A stretch of DNA of 64,000 nt, taken from Balanoglossus misakiensis (taxonomy: Eukaryota; Animalia; Hemichordata). The notes below the pieces were generated by a model. It worked only from the letters and a program-made list of their open reading frames with translations, made no database searches and was not told the DNA's origin. The stretch is taken from contig CM082594.2 in NCBI GenBank assembly GCA_040954595.2, forward strand, positions 6,333,962 to 6,397,961, in the 5' to 3' direction. Of this stretch, positions 27,703-39,700 are shown one piece after another (the first letter of the stretch is position 1; the number at the start of each line of letters is the position of its first letter). A program made the translations under genes and the position numbers.

Positions 27703-30700
27703 CTGAAATTGGATAAAAAACCCACATTAACGCTGTACTCAGACGGAAAATTTCAGCAAGATCTTGCTGGAAGAAAAACATTTCAGTCATTTCATTTTTT
27801 GCAGTTTTGAGTGAGGTTAATGAAAGCTTGCAGTGGTTGCTATGGAGACATGATATGCAGCATTTTTTCTCAGTCTATTAGTTCTTGATATGTGCACATA
27901 TTCACTGTGTCATTTCTTTTCTACCACAGAACGATTCTAAAAACGTTACAGATTTTTTTTTTACTGACCCCTGGTTTCAAAAGTAGGATCAAGAGTGTCT
28001 CCATCAATGATTGAAAAGAGAAGCCAGCGTTGCTTGGCAACCGCATCACCAGATCATGCTATATACAAAAATACTCATCACTGTTTGCTTTCAATCAGGG
28101 TATTGTCAGGTATGATATTGCAAGTCCTACGGGCTCTACAAAAAACCCTGGGGAATGTGTTCCATTGTGCTCCTCAGGGTAGCCACCAGTCGCTGGAGAC
28201 TGCGCAGAATTATCGCAAGACGTCATAACCATGACACCCGGGGAAGATTTTCTACCCCTGTTCTAACAGCTGTGGACGCTAGGGGGAAGTCATTTGCATA
28301 GAAATATGGCAGACAGTACAGCAGACAGTAGATATAAAAATCTGGCTTTATTTTAGAAAAATATTGTCGTGTTATCATTGTTTAGGCACAGCAAAGGGTA
28401 GTACATTGAATGTGTATTTAGATAAAAAAAAATGCTAAAATAAATCAATTCCATTCAAAGTTATTGTTTTTGGTTGTAGGCTGCCATTTTGAATATTTCA
28501 TTGGATTGCCCATGCATTTTCATTTGATTATGCTGCCCCCCCCCCCCCCCCCCCCATGCACCCCACAATGGCACTTGAAATGTGTACTCACTCTTCGATT
28601 ACGATACTTGGCTAGTGTCATCAGTGGCTCTTTACTCCGTTTCCCAGTGTCCTGGTCGATGCAAACCATCTGACAACGACTGCATGGACCACCAGACTAA
28701 GAAGTAACCAAAAAAAAAAAAAAATCGCCATGTCATATATTTGTTTTTGTGATGATCACATGTCTACATTTTACATGTCGGTGCCCAAGAATTTGCAACT
28801 TCCTTCTTTGAGGAGACATCCTTTGAGGTTACCAGGGACCTTGTTGTGCTGAGGAAACACTGGAATATATGACAGATATTTTCATCAATTGAGTGAGACC
28901 TGATCAGTAAGCCAAGAGCTGACTGTTCGTCTCAACTGCCCTGTTTGGCCCGGGCAAGATCCTTATCAAAACTGGTTGTGTGAACAAAGTATAGTGTAAT
29001 TCTAACTATTTGTAGTACACATGTAATTATTAAAACATGTACCTTTCCTAGAAATCGATGATCTAGAGACTAAAATTAGACATGAGTGACAGCTCATCTA
29101 ACAACTACTTGGTTTATTGGCTGACGGTATAATTGCCCAATGAAGTGATCAGAGCTCCTTAAATTACACAGAGAACTGTCTAATTGTTACAACTGCTAAG
29201 AGACAGAGACATTTGGACAAAAAAATATTGCTGGAACACTACTACACAAGATTATAATCCTGTGAGAGGTGCTGATTTTTTTGTTCACTGTATATGGTAA
29301 TAAAGCAATACACCCAATTCTACTAAACAGTATTCATCAGTTCAATCAAATTTAGAACAAAAACCCTGAAAAAAAATGTTTTGACTTTACTGAATGACTG
29401 CTCTTTGGATGTACAAAGCACAGTGAGAATTTACAAACATGGTAGACACTTTAAAAGGTCTTTCAACTTATGTCAATCCTTGCTCATCAGACTAGCATTG
29501 CAATATTCATTGAAATCACTCCTCTGCAGGACAGAGAATATCTACGATTGCAACTCGGTAGGGAGGAAAGCGACGAATTGTTAAATGTTTGTGAAAAAAA
29601 AACTGTAGGGGAGGTCTCACATCCGCCTCCTTCATCAATTCATTTCAAAGAGAAACCCCTGCAAAAAAAAAAAACTCTTTTAATTTTTTACCCTGAAAGT
29701 CTTGTCTCCGACGCGGACAAGATCCCAATTATCCTCTTCGTAAGGCATGCTTCCATCCACCACCAGGTTGCCACGGAAACGTCCAATCAAATTTTCCACA
29801 TCCAGATCGGTGTCCAGGCACGGCTTGTTATCTTCCCCGGTCTCCATGGCGACGTATTTCTGCTCCATTCTCCGCCGCAGATCCCTCACGGAGATGCGGT
29901 TTATCAACAGAAACTGGGATTCATTTGCCAGCGACAGGGAGTGCCGTTTGTCTATCACTGGGAGGAAAATAAAATAAAATAAGAGAGACGTGAAAAAAGC
30001 AGACTTGTGTGAAAATTGATTGTGGAAACTGATTGTATAATAAGCCACCGGGACTTATCAAATTTGCCCGTCTATAATCAAAGGAGTGACTCAAAAAACT
30101 CAATCATATTCTGAATAAATCCAGAAACAGACATTTTCACGAGATAAAATAGTTGTATTGGTCGTGTTATTAAAAGATTTATCACACCCTTCAGACAAAG
30201 ACCCAATATTACAGAAAACAGGAAAACACTGTATGCTTGGGAGAACTCCACAAATATGGAATTTCCTCTTAAAGTATGCCTTTAATCTCTTATTGGAGTA
30301 AAACTACCTGGACTGTATCTAAATTGTAGACCATCTTTTTTTTAAACTTTCCATTTCTACAGGATAACAATTTTCTATCAAGCAAATATGTCACTCAGGA
30401 CTTGTTTAAAAAAGCTGCTCATTCCTAGACTGTTGTCGGCCCTGTACCCCTTGATACCATGTAATGGGTTCCATGCCACTAATCAAGTATGAAGGCTAGG
30501 GTTAAACCATAGGAAAGAGTAGGGGTGGATGGAAACACATTGCTTCATGGTACATCATCCTTTCCCATGGTTCTTTTCAAAGCTATCTTTCCTGCCAATG
30601 AGAATTTCTTCTCTCAATTTTTCAGATGAAAACTGGCATTTTATTTTATATTGGAGAGGCAATATCTGTTCCTTTTACTTTCACAGTTTCTTGTTCAACC

Positions 30701-33700
30701 CCATACAAGTATTCAGCTTGGCACCACAGTCGAAACTGTTGACATCCCCATTCAAGTTTAGATCAACTCGATGACAGAGTGCACGCTTTACATGAACTGT
30801 CTTTTTTACAGCCTGAACAGTTCAACGTCCTTTGGGCAGTGAAACAAGAAACCCTCGATCAATACACGAGCAAAATGATGGGGGAAAAATTACGCTCTGG
30901 GGCTACTGTCCTTTTTAATCTGCCAATCATTCCTGCTCGTTGAGGAAGTAGTAACAAATCACTTTGGCACAATTGACAAAAGTATACTAGTACATGAAAA
31001 GGAAGGTTCATGTTTCATGTTAGTGGAGTTAACATGAGAAGATGCATCGTTTTAGTCTACCAATGGAAAGGATTAAAACATACGCAGTGTTAGGTTATTT
31101 TTCAGACAGTATTGATTATCATGGAAAAATCTTGAGAGGTTTTAATTCTTTTAACGTGGGTTAATGGCAAACTTAACAGGAGGATTACTATTTTGCAATT
31201 TTATTGAAAGTCTGTCAGGATATAATATTGAAATCCTAAATTTCAGAACCCCTTTTATGGATTAATACTGTACACTAAGGAAGCTTGCAACAAGAAATTA
31301 ATTATGTTGCTAGGCAGTGAGGCTTTAGATGAGTTTGGTTTCCAAGCAACAGGCGGCCACAGAGGATGTCAGCTTCCTCCGTTTTCATCTTCAAGTCCAT
31401 GTCTATTGCCAAGAATGCACTTAATATCGTAATGACTAAAAATCGTGAGAAAACCACTCTAACAAGCCCAACAGATCCTCTGTAATGTTGAACAAATCTA
31501 TATATTCAGAGGTGTATTTTAGACAAATGTTTGCTCAAGATCTCCTTCAGAATTCACAAACATTCACATGGATTACAGTTTTACGTCTTGAACCTTGACC
31601 TCAAGGTGAACTATGACATCTGAGAATACGTTCATTAACGTTATCTGGACTTTTTTGTTTCCAGCTGGCGTTAGCATTATCGTGTGCAGTAAGCTTAATC
31701 TCAATTGACTGGTTGATTGCTGTGTATTCACTTGCTTTACCTGATTTGAGTTTGGATAGTCTGTTGTGTTCGAGGTCTTGCTGTATCAGTCGACAGGGAC
31801 GCCCCAGTACAGACGACACCCAGTCCGCTGCCTGGCTGCCGCAGTCGATTCCGTTAATCCTGAGAAAGGAAAAGTCGGTACATGAGTTTTATATACAGTG
31901 GATGTTTGATAATATTTAAGTCATATAAAGCCCCAATTTTCACTTCTGTATTATCTACACTTATTCTTTGCAGGTGTTTTATTGAAATTATTTTCAACGC
32001 TATCTTCAGTGATGGAGAAATCACTGTTCCGTTGCGTGTGACATATTAATGATCTTTCTGCTGTCACATGGGGATTAATTATGGGTGATTAATTTAAGTG
32101 ACACATTCTAATTATAATCAACTCCCGCACTTTTCAGAACCAAGCAGATCTGAATACAGTGTCTTCCTCCTTACCTGTCTCCGCACACTTTGCTTTGGCA
32201 CATGGACAGCTGCCGATCCTGTCCGCTGGGATTTTCCGTGTAAATTGGCACCCGCAGGGGGTCCACGCCTGTCATCACACGAAATGAATACACGTAATTT
32301 AGCAAAACACACTCGCGAAATTGTCAGTGTCATCAATAATCACACGCAGCTGTTGCGTGTGAAAATTCATATTGCGCAGAGAAAAATTTTACACTCTGGG
32401 GGAATATACACATGTAATGATGTACTATGTATTTCATCGAGTTAACACATAGGAAATAGGAAGGATCAACTGAGAGGTATTTTGTATGGGATAGGGGTTG
32501 AGGAGAGGGTAAGGACCTTGCAGTGGGGGGACCCCACTACCTCTCAAGCCTTGTTCAGGGCCGAAACTCTACATGATGTCATATTAAGTCACCAGGTGAT
32601 CAGGGTTCAGCCCATTTTTAGACTCGCTACCTTTGCATCGCAGCACAAGATGCATGGACGCCAGGTCCACGTGAGGTTTGATGGTGCACATTTTCAGCTC
32701 CCGTTTCTGGCTCAGGCAGACCCCGCTCTCGTTGACGATCATCCAGGTGCGATCGTACAGCAGTCCACCTGGGCTGGTCTGCCACTCTGAAACCTGAGAG
32801 AGTGAAATAAATCACTAGTTTTATTTTCTAGCATTACTAGTTGCCTGCATAATTTTAAAAGTCGTGTAGCACACTCAGAACAGTGACCTCTGCCAATCAA
32901 ATCATTATCACATTAAGGACATCATACACACCTCCATGGCACCACATGACTTGACAGGGTACAGAAAGATATTGGTCAGCTTCATCGTCTTTTCTCCATC
33001 ATTCATCCTGTTGTCCGGCAACACAGTAACTGGTGTCATCCGCCGCTTGCCTGCCGGCTTGCTTTCCACGGCAGTGTTTTTCGTTCTTGGCTCGTGGTCT
33101 CCCTCACAGGTTCTTCGGACTGCGCCGATAGATGAACTGTAAATTTCCTCCTTGGGCGTCAAATTGGTTTCGCTGACAGCCAGTGTCTGTCTGATAATGT
33201 CCATCTCAGATACAGCATCAGGACTCAGAATCGGTTTGTAGGGAATGTTGTTGCAATCTTTTACAAGGAAGCACTGTTCAATAAACCTGAGAAACTTGCA
33301 AGCGTCTTCGTAGGTCGACATGTACCCAAACGAAACACGAACTGAACCCGTCGGCATGCCGTCAATCAGATCATAGTCATCACCGCAGATATGTCCAGCC
33401 TGAGTGAGAACAAATCAGAATTTATTTTAGATTCGTTTTTATTTTTTTCCCACACATATAGAAAGGAATGCATCCTTGCAGATCTGTTATGTTTACCTGA
33501 AAGTTTTGCTTGAGTTGTTCCACAGACATGTTCAAAAATCTTCTGCATGCACCCGTGTTACAAAAACACCCTGTTCTTACATGAATATCATGCAGGCTGG
33601 CCAGTTTGTCAACCTTGAAAAAAAAAAAGAAAGGGAACACAAAAGTCAAATTTCTGAAGAGAAATTACTCCAAAGCAGAAAGGTACAGAGAAATTTCCAG

Positions 33701-36700
33701 AAAATAATTGACAGAGTGCAATAATCTCAAAGGTGTTCTTGATAGAAACAGTAGCTCTTACAGTTTCCATGCTATGTCGACTCCTTTATTTTTAATACTT
33801 ATTTAATGATTTTGAACTGTAAGTGCTTTATATTAACCCTTTCAGTCACCCCTATTTCCTCCTTATAGAGGTCCAGCATTGCCAATGGAGTTTGACAAAA
33901 CCATGGCAGTGAAAGGGTTAAAATTATCAGTAATGCAGTCACCCTGACTGACATATGTCGGTGAGAGAGCGCCCTCTAACAGTGCACTTAGGAAAGTCAA
34001 ATCAAATCGGTATATGTAATAGAAAGATGATGTCCTGAGATTATAGGAAATTTTAATAGTTTATGGGGTTTCAGAAAACAACCTTCAAAAAACAAAGGAG
34101 ATGAATATGAAAGGAGGCAGGAATTAAAACCAATGACAGGGCGTGAAATGTCAGTTCTTAGAATTTATGCAGCGTAAAGAAATAAGGGACAATGCGTTGT
34201 TTTTTTTGTGAAGAAGGCAGTCAAGACTGCATGAATGGAGTGTAACGTATCTCTGCCAACAAAACACGGTTTACATTAAAATCAACAAAAACCCTGTACC
34301 ATTGTGTGACAGACTGCACACATAGTTCACTGTGCACTGTACTGTAGTATCAATGGTACTGACCGAATGTCACATATATATTGTCCTCTTTTACAGACGT
34401 CAACACTTCACGCTTTTGAACTTTTGCTATAAAGAGAGGGGGAGGCCACGTACTCTTTCAGACATCAACACTTCATGTTTTTGAACCTCGGTTTTGAGAG
34501 AGCGAGAGGCATCATACTCATCTAAAAACGTCAACACTTCCTGCTTTTGAACTTTAGCTTTATATAGAGGGGAGACAGTTTTGATCTCAGCAAACAAATT
34601 TCACTTATCGAACTTCTGTGGTAATCTGATACTTCCCAATTTTATGTCTGATATAACAACTGTATGACACAGAGAGAATTTTTTCCCTGACACATAATAT
34701 GCAGAATTTCCAGTAAACAAAGTGTTGGTATTGCGTAGAAAGGGAACGGCATTGCCCCTTTAAGGATTGTGTGTTTCAGAGTCTAGTATGCAATCACTGA
34801 TTATCTGCATCTGAAATAAAACTGGATACTATTTGTGGAGCTCTGTTTCCTGTTATTGATTTCAGATAACGAAGGGATGACAAACTAAATTACTTTCGGG
34901 TAATTATCTTTTAAGATGTAGCAAAACCATTCTCAAGCTATGATTGGGACGAACCGGGGTTTGAAGTCGGTTCGTCCTGCACGTTTAGGATTCTTCAAAG
35001 GCTGAACGCTGCTTCCTGTTTTTTCAGTTGTTATTTCGAGAGCTTTTTATACCGTATTTTGGGAAACAATGTTCAATTATCGTGATTACCTACCTCGGCG
35101 TATCCAACGTAAGTCCCGTCAGGTTTCAGAATGTTGAAATTAATGATGGGCCCCTGGATTGAAGCGTCGGTGAAATTTGTATCCTGGTAGAGCACGGCGA
35201 CGGGGGCACCGTTGCCGTGGCTGCAGGACTCCATTTTGCGGAAGACATAACTTGATATTGCAAAGGTGTGTTTGGAGATGGCGTTGATCCCACCTATAGG
35301 GAGAAAAGTTAGGGTGTTTTTGGGTCAATCTGAACAAATGTTGAGAAGAACACATAAAAAATGGATTTTTTATCTTACAGTTATGATAAAGTGTAAACTT
35401 GTGCTGACGTACGTGCATGTCAATCATTTCATGTCAATGTGCGAGAATGGTTACCACCTTTTCGCACACTGTCAGCTGTTTACATATCTTAACAGCAAAG
35501 CCACTTTCTTTCGATCCAAAGATCCAAAATCTACATTGTAAGCGACGAAAATTACACCACTAGCAAAAATTTTAGTGCTAAAATTTTGGCAGGAGAGTGT
35601 TAACGACTAAATGGGGTGTTAACAATGACAGCAATCAGGGATAATTGAAGCCATCTTCCTGTCACCATTGGTAACGAGTACACACGTATGTGAATCAAAC
35701 TCATTAAAAGAGTGGAGAATTATATCTAAACAACTCTCATTCATTGGAAGGCTGTTACGTAAAACACGGTTTTGATGTTTTTGATACCAAACTATCCCCG
35801 TTTATTTTATAAATTCTTCCTTATAATGTGCCCTCATTATCGTGTAGTTTCGATACAGTGAGTGACATTATTTTCTCTATGGGTACATAATGTGAGGTTA
35901 TGATTGACATGGAACTTTGGAAGTGAAAGGGCTTAATTCAGCAGGCGCAGAAAATTATAACCCAACTGCAACTCCTCTGTAAAGGTACTGGGGGTGAAAG
36001 GTTTAATACATTGCAAACTGTCATTAGAATGGAGACAGATTAAATCATAAGATATGAGAATCTTGCAAGATGGTAATGCTAAATAGTGACTTATCTTCTA
36101 AGATGTGTGGATTACTCATATACTATCATGGTTGGAAAGCTGGGAAATTTTCTATTCTCTGTGTATTCATATGTGCATTTTTTCCCAGAACTTCATAATC
36201 TGCTTTTGTTCGAATTTACTGCAATATAATTCCAATCAGAACTAAGCAGATCAATGAAACGTTTCTAATCAAAGGATGATACATTATTAGTCCCTGTTTT
36301 GAGACTGAGGCACACAAATTAATATTGATACAAAAGGAAAGATGATGAGTTTTTAATACCAGAAATGATTTCATTTTCAGGAGTACCGGTTTTTGTTTCA
36401 TATGATGCAGATTTCCTTCTATTTGTGCATTTGAACTTCTAGGGATTAATTTAGAGGTTCCATTGCAGAAATTGCTGAAGAGGGCACTATCATGATCACA
36501 TGGCGCTTCTAACCTACACACGCTGGGTGGTGGGGACAATGCAGTTTTGAATATTTATTATGCAAATTAGTCAGATGATTACATTTAGCCAATCTGAGAA
36601 GAGTACGAAATATGACTGCTGAACAAGCTGCATTCTTCCACAGAATTTTGTTGTTGTTAAATACTGAATGTTGTGATAAATCCCTTCTTTGGCGAATACT

Positions 36701-39700
36701 GAAAACCACATAACGACATGCTGTCGTACAGCAAGTCAGCAGCGTTTATGTGCACGATGGCATTGCTTTCCTGTGATTTTCAATCTCATCAACACTAAAC
36801 TGACATTTAATTTTGACAAGGTTTACCACTTAGGCTATTTGACAAATTTTAGTGTAACCTTTTTTATCTCGCACTCATTCCACTGCATGAAAGGCGAGCC
36901 ATCCTTTGCTGAAAATTAAATATAAATCCTTGACGCATTGTCTAGTCTGGATACATGTAAGTAACAAAAGAAATGTCAAGGATGTTCAAACGGTCCATAA
37001 ATGAAAGTAATCACAAGTTACAAGGCTGCTGACATTTCATTGTGATTCCGTCACAGTCTTGCATTTTTTTGTGAGCCTGAAGATTCCATACACTCTATTG
37101 TATCTATCTGACCATCTGCCTGTCTGCTTGCCTGCCTGCCCATCAACTTTGGCTGTGTCTATTTTCTGTGTGTCAGATCGCCTGATGTCTCATCAACTAC
37201 AGTGCCTTTATCTGTGATAGAGGGACTGTGCATCAACTGTCTGTTTTTCTATCTGTCCACCTCTGTCTATCTGTCTCCTGTGTCAAATTAAGTCACTGAC
37301 ACATCAAAAACTGTGCAATAAAAAAAGTATGATTTACACTACCTGGTATTCTGTCCAACATATCAAAACCATGTCGGAGGGCAATGATGTCCAGAAATGC
37401 AATCGTTCCATCTTCGAACCTGGAGGAGAAAATACAAATAGCAAGTTTAATGTGATGGCCACATAGAACAAACAAACCAAAACAAAACAAAACCAATGCC
37501 AGGAAATTCTCTATGTTATACCCTTGTCCGTATAGGTCAACTTCAAGGAATCTTTGATGGCTGATATCTTAAGTGGGACGACAACATTTATCATCAGGGA
37601 TTGTTTCTCCACAGATAACAGTGAAAAGAAATTCCCTTTATCTGTAACTCATGATAGAGACACTTGGCAATCTCTCTCCCTTGCAACTAGGAGTCTGCGT
37701 CACGACATTTGATAAGAAGGCAAATGGACGGCCGAATGAGTGGCTTGCAAGACCACACCGGATGGCAAAATGAAAGATAAAAGGCATGATAAGGAGAAAG
37801 GTATACATGTAAGTATCTACTTAAAACTTTCCTATCAATTATTACGGGCTATATTTATCCACAGATGCAATGGATACATCATCGTCCCCGTGGATACGCG
37901 AATAGGGCTTTGTTATCCATCTTGCATCAGATCAGTGACCTTTTCATTTCTGAGATTAAATATTATTCGATGGCTAATAGCTGGTGTGTGTGCAACCAGT
38001 GAAAGGATTAAACTTGGGGAGAGGAGTTTTCTCTGCAGATCACGTGTCGCTCGCGAAATGTCAAACGCTGCACCTGGCTATCCAGGGTTTCCTTTTTAAA
38101 ACTTTGATTCATGTGCGTTTTTATTGTTAATGACATCAAGATTTGAGGCAATTTTTAGAATGATTTTCAGGTCCATGTCACATTTGGCAATTTTTTTTAA
38201 ATTGACGATGCACATTCTAGTTCCGTCATTCAAGGCTTAAAATGCAGTCAACTATTAGAAAATGACACATTCAAGTATGTTAATGTATGGATATTCTAAA
38301 TGCATATTTGAACCATAAATCCAAAAATTCCCACTGCGAATATTTTTTTTAAAAACAGCCAAATCAATCATTTTAGTTTTATAGCTTGACACTTGAGTAA
38401 ACAAGAGTATCTTTCAAAAAATATGTACATGTAGTATTTACCCTAACAGCCCCCAGTATCATCATTTCTGTCACGTTTGTCTTTATAACTCATGAGTTCA
38501 TAGTTCGAATTGCCTCAGGATTTTTTAATGCCAGTTTGTCAAACGAAGCTACTACAGAAATATTTTGTGACAATTGCAGGAATTCGTGAAAGCGCAAGTC
38601 CTTTGCAGTGTAATCTATCGTTTCGGCACATTTGTACCTTAGCAACACGAGGAATGTTTATTGCACATGCTCATTGGTTTCTTTGGTTTTAACCCTATAC
38701 AAAACCTGTCTATAGTGGCCAGTCAAGGGACTTTCATAAACTGGCCTTTATAGACAGGTGGTCTTTATAGAGAGGTCAATTAATGCACATGTAAGTTGCA
38801 CAGGGACTGTAACATAGTGGCCACTATATAGAGGTGGTCACTATATAGAGGTGGTCACTAACACAGGTAGTTACAATCAGTGTGGTTACAACCTGCAGGG
38901 CTGCAAGTATGAAGGAGGAGAGGTGGTTGTTACCTTTCATGAAGAACTGGTCTCGGCACATGGAACATCTCTCTGCTGATGGACACAGACACAGTGCCAC
39001 CCCCAAAGTAACGTTTCTTCAGGGCGCCTGCCGCGTCATTCTTGACGATCAAGGCACCAAGGCCCGTCGGAAAACCGAACATCTTGTAAAAGGAAACTGT
39101 CACAAAGTCGGCCGGGCACTTTTGGAGGTCGAGGCTGGAAGACGTGACGTGGGCTGCGGCGTCCAGCACGACATACCAGTTGCCGCGGTGACCGTTGGGT
39201 TGAAAGTGTCCGTTTTTGACGCGGTCGATCCACTGCAGGGGGTTCCTTCTCCCAGAGAAGTTGCATTGGGCGGCGTATGCGTATAAGCACTTGGGTCTCT
39301 CGGAAACAGTGGTTGAGTTCTCATCGGAGTGGGGCGCCGCTGAACGCAAGGATGAAGCAAATTCTGGAAGAGTTTGACAAACCACTGAGACATTTCTCTG
39401 CGCGGCGATCTCTCTCATGCCAATAACAGAAGTGTGATTATCTTCCAGGTAGCAAAAACAACCGGCGTCGCCGTCTGACCAATCAAAACTTTCGGCCAGC
39501 AGCTTGAGAGAGCCAGTGCAACCTGACGTGAAGATAACACTGTGTTCGTCGGGAGTTGTGTTGAAATGTCGAAGTACCCTGAAAAGGATGAGAATTGTTT
39601 TCTTTAAACCAGAGATGATGTAGTGCAACTTATAGAATATCTAAAGGGTTACCAGGTAGTGGGTGAAACAAATACAATAGAGTTTGACGGAACAGTGTTC

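Noticed and set aside
38822-38860. Short direct repeats that could suggest a CRISPR-like array
   Set aside because: No unique spacers, eukaryotic intron context; better explained as MITE internal repeats.
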